Source: Bugula neritina (taxonomy: Eukaryota; Animalia; Bryozoa). Taken from it: a stretch of DNA of 64,000 bases. The stretch is taken from the NCBI GenBank assembly GCA_964035545.1, contig OZ037768.1, forward strand, positions 22,787,319 to 22,851,318, given 5' to 3'. Positions 13,347-38,663 of this stretch are shown here, one piece after another (position 1 is the stretch's first letter; the number at the start of each line of letters is the position of its first letter). A program made the translations under genes and the position numbers. A model generated the notes under the pieces. The model saw only the letters and a program-made list of their open reading frames with translations, had not been told where the DNA came from and did no database searches.

Positions 13347-16300
13347 TTACAGCAATCTGAAAACAACAGAAAAACAGTAAAAGTCTAGGGAAGCATTTCA
13401 AATATAGATAAAGCAAATAGTGGTATAAAATATGTTGAATAATTTGTATACAGAGTACTTTCTACTATAATCTCAACACTCAGGTACTGATCAAAACATA
13501 GTAAATACATGAACTAATATATTATAACGTAGTATACACATGAACTAATATATTATAACGTAATATATACATGAACTAATATAATATAACGTAGTATATA
13601 CATGAACTAATATAATATAACGTAGTATATACATGAACTAGTATATTATAACGTAGTATACACATGAACTAATATATGATAACATAGTATACACATGAAC
13701 TAATATATTATAACGTAGTATACACATGAACTAATATATCATAACGTAGTATACACATGAACTAATATATCATAACGTAATATATACATGAACTAATATA
13801 TTATAACGTAGTATACACATGAACTAATATATCATAACGTAGTATATACATAAACTAATATATCATAACGTAATATATACATGAACTAATATATTATAAC
13901 GTAGTGCATATATGTATAATTTAACCTAGCCATCTAGTTTTCAAAAATTCAAAACGCTTTTCTTTATTTCCCAGACTTGAAATTAGGATTTTAGCCGATG
14001 CTACTCAGTAAATGAATGTTGGAGTTATTCTACAAGAATTTTACACAGCTACTGGAGTTTTACTCCATTTGCATTGCAAAGGATGCGATAAAAAAGGTTG
14101 TCAGTGCACAGTTTTTGGTTTTGATCCAATAAAAAGTTACTATCAGATGACTGATGAATCACAAGTCCTGATTTATTATTTAATGAGTTTTTGCTCAGAC
14201 AGTGGGATACTCCTCTACTAAAAATATTCTTTAATGGATAGAACAACTCCTAATTTAATAATTAAACTCATCATAATGGATAATATCTTTGTGATGAGAA
14301 AACTACTAAAAGTGTAGCATTCATGACCGTTAGCTAGTGACCATTGCCACTATTACACATACTACTATTACGGTCATAACTACATAAATGGAAACAAAAA
14401 ACAATTTAAAACATCACAATAAAATTAGGTAAAATAATTTATCCATTAACTCACTCTTTGAGATGGAACTTTTTCTGTGCGAATACCCTTATAAGGAAAG
14501 AGCCAGAGTCATTCACATTGAAAGCAGACGGGATCAAGATGTAATGTCCGGGAACCAACTCAAATCTATTGCTAACTTCCCGGTAGTTGATGTAAACGCC
14601 TGACCTACCGGCGTCATAGTTGTATCTGAAGTGATTTGTTCCTAGTCGGCTGTGAGGGTCGTTAACCTGAAGGAAATATAGAGAGAGCATTAAGAATGGA
14701 AATTGAATATAGAACAATTAGATTATAGCAAATGAATAGAAGAGATATTAATGCAGCTAAAATTCCTTCTTTTAACTAAGCTTTATTAATTATATTTATG
14801 AATTCATGATGGTTTGAAAATATCTGTTAAAAATTTATAGTCAATAGAATAGCAACTCAACGTGCCTCTTAGCTAGACTCATCTGGTAACAGTGAACACA
14901 CAGAAGTTCTGAGAAAATTATATGATAGCAACAATAATAATGTTAATTTTAAACTGTTCATACAAACAACTTTCTTTACATATGTCATCATAATTATTTA
15001 GATTTTCACCACTGTTATCGCGAAATTTTCACTGTTAGGATAAGTTTTGCTACGAATGGCATGACTCATGTTGTATAAAATAACCACAAAATCAGATTAT
15101 GGAGCTTAAGGCAGTCACCTATAACTGGTAATAACCAGCGTGGGCAGAAATTACCTCCCCTCTCCGTTTTTCAGGAAGTCAGTGCTCATGGCATAATATT
15201 TTCAGACCTACCTCTAGATCAAAAGTTTATAAATTAGATACAACTCCATCCAGATATTGCAAAAACCGTTTTATTTAACTTTAAATACTCCTGAATGAAA
15301 CAAAGTTGTACCAGAGCTTGTGTTTTTGAGCCAGATGGATATATAAATGTCAACCATATTGTATTGTTTATAGTGCCGACTGACAAACTACTTGTGAAGC
15401 ATTTAGATACAAAAATATTTGCATACAATGTCCTCCCTTCATTCAGCAACAAAAATGCTGCATTAAAACAGCAAAAAGGTCACAGGTTGCCCGTGGCTGG
15501 GCTAGAGCCTCGGTTTAAATGATGTAATAATTCTCTAGAACTTTCTAAAAAAGTTGGTTTATACCAGATATATGCTGGAACATTCTAGAATGCAAAATGA
15601 CATCAGAGTGACATTCAGTTGTATAAATTCAGCATATTAATAGCAGTGCAGCTGACTATAAGACTCAGTCACTACGCCGACGCTTTACACTGACGCTCTA
15701 CGCTGACTTGAGAGTTTCATTTCATAGTCTGAGTAAAACTGACTTTAGCATTACAGTTTGAAAACCTGCGCTAAGCTAGCCTAGGGCTTTAGCAAGCTTT
15801 ACCCACCTTGTATAAAATATAACCAATTTGTAGAGTCTTCACTCCGAGATGGCGCTGAGATCGTCGGTGCTCTTGCATAAGAGCTATGACAACGCTGCAC
15901 TTCCCCTCGCTGTCGGGGTCATCTACTATCGGGTCATAGTCGTCTGCAACATGCAAAGACCTCTAATATCACATTCAATTGTGAAACGAGAGAAACAGAA
16001 AAGTTTTAGTGAACAAATCAGTAAATTTTAAGACAGTTACTTTTAGGTAGTTATATTATTCACAATAGGGAAGATAACTCTTGACTCTATCATTTTGAAA
16101 TTTTTTATTAACAATTGAATGTAGAAATGAAATGATTTTGTAGAGAAGGTAACTGGTCAGGGGTTTTATTGATTCAAATGAACAGAAAAGATTGATCAAC
16201 AGATGAGTTTAGAATTATCAATATAAAACAGAAAAATGGGGGAACTCCTATTTTTTCTGTTATCAAAGTATCTGCTATACTAGAAAACTTTCACAGTTGG

Positions 16301-19300
16301 AATAAAATGCAGCACACAAGAACATGTTAGTTCAGCAAGGTTGACAAAGAATAAAATATTAAAGTTTTAGGCAAAATCTTGTAATTACTAATTGAATTTT
16401 TTTTTTACAGTGCTTATAATGAAAATTCAAAACAAATAATGTTTCCATGTTTATATTTTGATAACCGAGTACTTAATAACAAATGGGAAATTTAAATTTA
16501 CTTAAAAAAAAACTGAAATCATTGCAGGTGACTTCTTTCACCAGGTTTGTTGCTCCAACATAAACTACTTCTCAAAGCCTTAGCATTTGATTTTAATGAG
16601 TAAATTATTTTAAATACATAGTTTAAACTCTAAAAAAGTCATTCATACACAGAGAAAATTTTAAAACACTCTTCATAAAGAGGAAATAGAAACTCAAACT
16701 TGCCTATACCTTCTTGATCTAAAAATTACAAATTCTAAACATGACAAAGCACACAACTCCAAATTTAAGTTAATAAATATATGTGAGTTGTCTGCCACTG
16801 TATTACTTAAGTTAATATATAATATTTCTATTCTCAATCTCACCAGGTGCTGTTAAAGTGAGCAGATACTGGGGGTTCTTGGCAAAAGATTCCAAATCAT
16901 TTCTGGAGCCCCCTGCAGTCGACCCTGGAGCCCATTCACCACGTATCAACTCCACGTGACCTGCAATCACATGACCTACATTCACTTGACTTATATTCAT
17001 TATGTGGTCTAAATTCACATCATTTGAAAGTTGATACCGTGAACTTCATCATTCAAAAGTAGTCATTTATTATTTAAAATACAAAGTCAAATTGACAAGT
17101 TTTTGCTTTTGCTACAAGAGCGAAACTGTGCAAAAAATATCTGGAAAAATAACAAAAATATGAAACCCACCCGGCTGGTCTCCCTTGCCGTCTCCATCGA
17201 AGTCGGGGCCGAGAGTGCAGATAGTGATCTCCTGGAACTGCTTACAGAAATCTCTGAAACTCATCCAGAACTCGCCGTCTGCTTTGCTAGTGAATGACAT
17301 TTTCTTTTTCATCTCGTCATCCATGAGATTCCAGTTTTCATCACTAGTGAGGTGAAGTAGATATGTAAAAAGACATACTGACTACTTTTTACTGCTGTTA
17401 GATTTACAAGGTTGTTTTCAAATAATTGAATGACTCAACATGTGATTGCACTAGAAACTCTGTAAAAAGACAGAACCAGTTATGTGTAACTTGGCACAGA
17501 TTTAATATCTCCTAAAATACAAACAGAACATAATATATACTTACTTATCTAAATTATGTTTGAATTATACATAGCATGTACAGTAGTATACAGTAGTACT
17601 CAGTAGTACTCAGTAGTACTCAGTAAGTACTCAGTATGTAAGTATTCAGTAAGTAAGTGCTTAGTATGTACTCAGTAAGTACTCAGTAAGACTTACTTGT
17701 CACTCCACGAGCCCTTCCACTCGGTCTCATTGCCCCAAGGGTTTCTAATCCTCAGCAACTTCTCTGTGCCCATCCTGTGCCTCACCTTCTGGGCGTCCGT
17801 CACTGTGTAGGCGTGTCCAGCTATCAGGCCATTAGCATCTGCCTGACTGGAGTTCTTCCAGTCTCCCTGCAACACATTTCACTGCAGTCAGTGAGTTCTC
17901 ACCGTGAAGGTCACTATACTACATGGAGATTTTAATTTCTACCTGCAGATTGTAAACTCTACCTGGAGATTGTAAATTCTACCTGGAGGTTATAAATTAT
18001 CTAATATGAGAATTACAGTGCTGAGAAAAAAGATAATATCTGGTAGTGAAATGATATTTATTTAATAACTTGCTAACAAATTGAACGTTGAACCATTCGA
18101 ACTATTGAAAAAAATTTGATTAAAGACCGAGAGTAAATAAAAGTAGGCACTATCAAACTGTTGACATCTATAATGCAATACCAGCTACACTGCTTATAGC
18201 AGATACCTGTCTCAAATCTCAATATAATTAATATAACTTATCACTACACTTTTAACATGCTATGCAAAAATAGAGTAAACTGGCAACACTAAACATGTTC
18301 AATACTTCGGTCAACATGATTGACTAATATAGCAACTGATATCAGCTTATCAACTTTTCTGGTTTTTCCAACTGACTGATTAAAAATTAAAATTGATTTC
18401 AGAATTTCATCAATTACAGTATAAATAGATTGAGTTGCTGTTGAACTATTTTTTACTTCTAGCTAATAAAGACAAAAAAGAGAAGACAACCATAAACCTT
18501 ACTTGAAGTTGCAATGCGCTTAGTAAGAGTTTTTAACTACTCGTAATCATTAGGCCAAAATACTACATCTAAGCCATTTGCGCCAGTCTTTATATCTACA
18601 ACGCCAACTCACCTTTCTTGAGCAAGCAATAAATGACCCAGCTTTATTGGCTGATAGTATACGTTTATACAAGGCTGGATCCACTCCTTTGATTTCACAT
18701 CTCTCTGCTAGACCCCCTGTTAGATCCACCAAGGCGTCCATTGTCTGGCCACCTTCTATGGCCTCATATGAACCATGTAACCTAGCAACAGGATGAATAA
18801 GCTATCATGTGAGTCATGTAACCTAGCAACAGGATGAATAAGCTATCACGTGAGTCGTGTAACCTAGCAACAAGATGGGCAAGCTTTCATGTGAGATGTA
18901 AAACTACTAAGTAGCATATATTTAAATTGATCAACAACGAAAGTTTAAAAGTCAAAGCAAAATATTCTTACTTATAAATAACATGATGGTACAATAAGCA
19001 ACTGTTATATGTGAATGTATATGTTCTACATTCTATAATCTTACTTAGCATATGCTTTCTCTAAAAAAGCTACCCAGAATTCTTCACGAGTGTCACAATG
19101 AGCAAAAATGAGTTGTCCCTCCCTGGTTGGAAGTCTATCGTCAACGTACACATCCACCCATTCACCAAATCTCCAGAATGAAAAGTGGAGAATGCCGCAG
19201 TAGTCTTTTCCAAAGAGCGGATAATTCTTAGGGCATATCTATAAATATTCAAGACAAATCTGTAAATAGACATTAAGGATTGCATATTTGTGTCAGTGCA

Positions 19301-22300
19301 GCATGTCCTTCTGCTTCAGGTTTAGGAAGTGGTTATTAAAGTTAATCAAACATACAAATATGCATAAATTACAATTTCTAATTGTATATCAGTGAAATTA
19401 TCAATTTTGTTTTCATCCAAAAACATTTTATCAACGATAAAAACAGAGCCTTTCCCCTTTACTAGATACTAAAATATTACACTAAAAATTGGCTGAGTTT
19501 ATTAAGTTAACACTAGAAGACAAATCAAATAGTGCCTCCAGTTTAGAGCTGAAGATTGAGCGATTAAAAATAAAAAAACATGTCCTTTACTCAAAGAACC
19601 TCATTTAAGTAACCTTTAATCTTTAACAGAAAGAGGTCGGTCTAACGTCAGAGTTATTTTTATCATTTAGTCACTACTCACTCTTTTCATGAATCTTTCC
19701 TCTCGAGATACGGCTGCACACGAGGACAGGAACCAACAATCTCCCAGAATTCCTTGCTTGATATCGTCTTTACTCATTCCATCAACAAGCAGCTGTGGGT
19801 TTTCCACTATATTCTACAAATAAAGGAGTTACACTTCAATGTGAGGTGAACAATACCAGTTACTGCTCTGGTATAACCAAATAGCAAACTCAGTGTTGGA
19901 CCAAATAATTTAGAATAAAATATAAAAATTTTATTTTTCCAATTCTAAATACTGTCAAAGAATATGAACACTGAATTCTTCTCAACATAAACAAATGTGT
20001 TGTCATAAGTACAACAGCTACAGTGGACGGTGTTTGTTTATTTATAGTAAGCAGGGTAATGCGTATTAATATGTTTGGTTATAGATAGAAAGTACTTTAT
20101 TGTCTCTAACTTACACCAGTATACTGATCTACACATATACTACAAATCTCTTTTAAGCATCTTTTTTATATAAAATACACTAATATTGATTAATTGTGTA
20201 ACATAACATTTACGTTAGAGGAGATGACATTTGAGATGCTAACAGATAGAGAGTGGATTCATATGTCACGTCAACATTATCAACGGCTATCGGGTATATC
20301 TGAGTAGCTAATTGTTATTGTGAACTTAACTCCAACTCTGTTATAGGAACACAAACTGGTTTGGACTAGAGTCTAGACTGATATACCAGCCCTTAAGGCA
20401 GCATCAGGAGAGTGTTTACGGCAGCACCAATGTAGCGCTTATAGCAATATTAATGAATTCGCTTAATAAAACCTGCCCACTTGTCATTCTATTAGAATCT
20501 TTAGACCTTATTTTAAAGATGACATACTGTGTAGTAGAGATTCATATCTCATCCAGCTTAGAATAAAATTAATTTGCAAATTAATCCGGTAATCCGAGAA
20601 AGTAACAGTTTGAACACAGCCTCAACATGTTGAGCAGTGTTGGCATTCCGGTTTTGTATATAAGCTCTGTCTTAGACAATTCATTCGATAATTATATAAC
20701 AATATATGCTTTTTAGAACATAACAAAGGATAGAATATCCTAATTGGTCAGAGCTTAGCAAATGAAACAAATCTTATAGAAGATCCCTAGAGTTTATACA
20801 AATAATTTTTCAACTTTTATATTATTTTAACCAAATATTTTAGACTAGATACAAGAAAAAATGATAACATCATCATTTGCAATGATGAGTTAGTTTTAAG
20901 CTAAAATTATTTGTATAAAATAGAATACCAATAATAAAATATTTTCAGGCCAGCAATTTGAAATTCTTACTAAATGAGAAGTTGCTAACTCAAATCATGT
21001 GTTAAAAGATAGCACATTTAATCCAATTAAATAGTGAAAAGGATGTGTAAATGAAGCTTTGGTGTATTTCAACAATACTATTATTATAATTATTCAAATC
21101 ACTATTGTTACTATAATCATTGCTATATTTACTGCTACTACTACTGCTGCTATAACTATTGTTATGGTAACTGCTGCTATAATTATTGCTATAGTTACTA
21201 CTACTGAGACACACAGCATGTATATAAAACCATTTGAGTTGCTCACTGTGGGTCTGAGCCACTTGATGCCGTCAGCATAACTGCTGCTTTCAGAGTTGTA
21301 GTAGATAGCATTGTCGTCTGCTTCAAAGTCAGGGTCACAGAATAGCTCACCGGGTTCTAAGTCTTTTAATATCAACTGTAGTCTCTCAGCATCCTGCCAA
21401 GATAAAAAGTTATCATAAACTTTACTTTAAGAAATCAGCCTAAAATACAGTGTTTCCGTTACCAACATTATAATCAAAGTTTTGACATGAAAAGGTGACT
21501 ATAGTAGTTATTCAGTACTTTGCTTAGTAACTAACAATAATTCATCATTCTTATTAGCAACAACATTTTAGCGGGCAGTCTTTTTCTACTTCTCAGATCG
21601 ATCTGGCATCTTTCCATGATTATATTGACTTGAGATCGATCTGAATTCGATCTGAACAGACCGACCAGCTCAGATCGACTGAGATCGAGCTTTGACGTCT
21701 TTCCATGAATCAATCTTGCTGAGATCGATCTGTGATTGATCCATGGAAAGCCAGTGAATGTGATCTCAGTATAAAAGAAGAGTTATGGTATTTTGAGGTG
21801 CAGCTGGATTAGACAGACAAAATAAATTTTAATTAAATTAGTCTGAATTCCGATTATTTAGATACTAGTCTAACATAACAAAACTTCAAGCTTTTTAAAG
21901 TAAGTTGATCAACACTGAGAAAGTCTACTACCTACTACCAAATTGTTAAAAGAGATTTAATCTTAGAGATTATAAATGACTGTAATTCTAGTACATTAAC
22001 TTCTGATGAGTGGTTGGGAGAAAAACCTTGACAAACTGAACTCCTTTAATTTAAAATATAATTTTATATATAAGACCACGAAAATAGAGAGCTACAAACT
22101 CATTAATTAATTAAAAATTATCATTTCAAAAACTGATATTTCTATATTTTACACTATTCATCAATCATTTATATATCTGAAAATGAATGTGTTCAGGTGT
22201 CCCTTCTGGAATTTTTAGTTCCTCTTAAAAGTTTCAGTCATAAGCAAACCTAGTAACTCATTTCTATTTATTTAGTACTATAGTAGCTAATGCTAATTTT

Positions 22301-22858
22301 TTTTTCAATTATAAATATCTATAACTAAAAAAATGAAAATCTTTTATAGTGTTCTATCACTATGACTATGAGTATGATTAAAAATTATATCAATTATTTT
22401 CATTTTTATCAAACATGAAAAAAAAAGACATATTTTAGGTTTGAAGATATAATGATTTTGTAGTTCTAACGGTTTTTTTCTCATTTTTAAATACATTAAA
22501 ACTTCATATAATAGGCAGACAAAACGGGTTTTTCCTTTTCTACAAGACTTAGACTGTTGTCACGCTAAGTACTCACAGTTATACCAAGTTTCATATCTCC
22601 ATAATCCCCTTCTGGTAATGGATGAGGTGGTTCTTCACCAGTTCTGGCATGTTGCTCAGATTTATCTGTTATACTTATGGTAAGTGAAGGAAGCTTTGCG
22701 AATGGTTTCTTTATGCCATTCCCATTACCGCATGGCTCCTTTTCACCAGTTTCGGGATCAATGCAAGCTTTTTCCACAACCACTTTGTTTGGCTTTGAAC
22801 TATTAGCAGCTGTAACATCCCCTACTGTGCTTGCATGGGAACTAGGTGCACAACCCAT
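13347..22858 (-). CDS. Calpain family cysteine protease (CysPc + C2-like/CBSW domain, no penta-EF-hand seen); last exon uncertain
   Basis: Starts MGCAPSS (ATG 22858); [17 protein letters not shown] (catalytic Cys, ~19740), [37 protein letters not shown] (His), RIRNPWG (Asn), [47 protein letters not shown]. The frame ends shortly after KKFHLKE (14455), probably via a tiny terminal exon at 13356-13347. Confidence 0.9.
13500..13905. repeat. 31-bp minisatellite (CATGAACTAATATATTATAACGTAGTATACA), ~13 copies
   Basis: Direct reading. Confidence 0.95.
15523..15755 (+). mobile_element. Solo-LTR-like element in a calpain intron
   Basis: TGTAAT...ATTACA termini, HSE GGAACATTCTAGAAT (15577-15591), TATAAAT (15622), AGTAAA near the 3' end; no TSD found. 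Confidence 0.5.
21590..21755. mobile_element. Palindrome-rich relic (repeated AGATCGATCT, TTTCCATG/CATGGAAA), probably a MITE fragment
   Basis: Multiple AGATCGA(TCT) palindromes and inverted TTTCCATG motifs in ~165 bp. Confidence 0.4.
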
Positions 22859-23925
22859 GTTAAATATACCAAGAAAATTCACTTTACAACCTGTTGAGTC
22901 ATGGCGCAAACGAAACTCCAACAATAACAGCAATTCTATGTTGTATACATCTTGTTTGAACTTCGTCACGCGGTTTCCAAATGATGTCATGCACTGTTTA
23001 CTTACGTTTCTATACACCATATTTGACCCAATAAATTAGGTTTCGTACAACATACCATGGGGCACAACTCCATTGTCTTACAAATTTTCACAATTAGCAG
23101 CGAACCTGGCAAGAACTATGAGCAGATAACTCCACTCAATGTTATGCATATAAGCTTAAAAATGTTACAAAATGTGAATACAACAAACTATTTTTGTGCA
23201 TAGCACAGGTTTTTGATAATCAAGGCGTGTTTTTTATCTTTGTAGCTAAAATTGATTTTTTTAGGGTACACATAGTAACAACAAACATTTAGACTTAAAA
23301 CATGAATGCAGGATGAAATGTTACATTGTATTCACTTACAAAATTATTAAAATAATTTACACTATTGAAAATATTTACTGCCTACAAAAACAGCACAGTA
23401 GGGGATTGAAAGAATGCAAAAATCTACTAAAATTTTAGACAATACAACATATTGAATGACTAGAAATTTCCAAAACATAAAATAATAATAAAAATTGCAA
23501 GAAACAATTCCAGTATACATTCCACTATTGACTTAAAACAATGTACTATAAATGAAGGATATAAAATTAATATCATGCCATAATATACTTAGCACACGAA
23601 TGATTTAAAATCTATTTAAAAGGGAGCTATAAAAATAGATCCATCTAGTGTGTGACAACAATACAATAAAACACTGATAAATACTAGTAATCTATGAAGA
23701 AAACAGCACCTTTAGGGAATGTAAATTAATTGCGATCATGATGTCTTCATAGCTACATTAACCTCTAGTGATGTAAGTAGGTTAGTGTTGCCGAGTTATA
23801 TTTCAATATAATATAATTATTATGCGTAATTTTTGAGTGTGATTCATGCCGTACTGTTCCAGGATGAATGCCACAGTAGAAGTGGGGGGGCATACTGGTA
23901 GGCCCCTTTTTAAGTAATAGTATTG

Positions 23926-37033
<13,108 letters not shown>

Positions 37034-38663
37034 GACTGTGTCTATCAATTAGAGCATACATAGAGTTGGTATCCACAACTACAGTATATATGAATTATCA
37101 TTCTAGTAAAACCAAAAGGACGTATACTAAATCTTAGGGGATGTCAAATTATATTACATAATATTTACAGAAAATTGACAGAAAACCACTTAGTACATTT
37201 TTAATATTGTGAATACTATTTCAGGTAACTTGATACAAACTTTTGCTCCTTCAAGCACAGTCTTTATTTGAGTTTGAGTAATTAGAACTAAATTTATACA
37301 CACGTATCATGTGACTCACTTGTTCTTGGGTACTTTGTTTTTCTTTAGTAAATCATCTCATCATAGGAGCTGAAGCAAAATAAAGTTGCTTATAGCTGTT
37401 GCTATAAATTATTACAATGAACAGCACAAAAATTACTAAAGTACATTTCATGTATCAATTATGCTAATTTTCATAGCTTAGCAGAGTTTATTATACTTAA
37501 CAGCATATTTAACATTTTAAACAATAGTAGAGGTTATTACTATTATCAGTGTTCATACTGATAGTAATAGTGATACTAAGAGTAATAATGATTAAAATAA
37601 AAACCAACACTATAACTGAAGAGAGATATTACTTGTAATGATAACGATAATCTTAGAATTGATCTTCTCAAATTGGATTTGGAGGTCTTCAAATAATAAT
37701 AAATATCAATTTAAACTAAATACTTATAGTCATATTCATAGTCATAGTGATTGTGATACTCACTTACTGATAGTGACAGTCATACTCATAATGACTATTA
37801 TTATTATTAATATTAATATTATGATAACTGATAATAAGTCACACTGATAATGATACTCATAGTCATAGTGATAGTCATAGTAAGATAGTAGTAATAGTTA
37901 TACTTATAATTAAACTGATAATCATAATGATAATGGTATTGATAATTATCAAGATCATAATCATATTCACTGATCATCATTACCATGATGATTATCATTA
38001 TAATTTATATTATTGTAAATGTAATTGATTATGATAACTGATCATGATGAGTTTTCAGTTTTGTCTAAGTTTATAATATTAATAATATTTATATTAATAA
38101 TATTAATAATCATAATCATAATGATAATGATCAAAGTTATTGGAATCAGGAATGATAAGCTAAATATTTAAATTACATTTACATTAATATTGACTACAAT
38201 GCTTGTAGTACTTTAAATTTCAATAAATATAAGCGTTGTGAATCATCATCAAGTGATGGTCATTAACTCATAACTATAATGGTAATCCCTGTGGGCTATG
38301 GATACTGATTACGATAATCTTTATCCGAGTTGCAAAATGTAGAAAGTGGTGAAATTGAATGGATAATACGGATGTGGGAGGAATTCATAACAAATTATTA
38401 TTGTCTAGGCACAAAAGGAAAATAACTCTTTGGTTTTACTTTATAGTCTTAGTACATTTTTCTAAACATGCACATAGGGTGCCGACAACCCGCATTAAAA
38501 TGTCGTTTCCGGGCTTCGTAGTTTCACTTCTATTTAAAAGCTATTGGTCATTTTCATTTTGACAAAACTAAACTAAAAGTAAAAGTATTTAATTTTGTTA
38601 ATAATTCGTAACATTTATTTAAAATTCAAACCAGAAAAGCTGAAGTTTAGTAAAAACTAAATA

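Noticed and set aside
22859-23020. ORF-track N-terminal extension of the calpain
   Set aside because: No calpain-like features; MGC at 22858 with a purine at -3 is the more plausible start
37307-37314. TCATGTGA M-box/CLEAR-like site near the CLCN7 5' end
   Set aside because: The same 8-mer recurs at unrelated places (e.g. ~18805, 30585, 56622, 61780), and this copy overlaps a splice donor context
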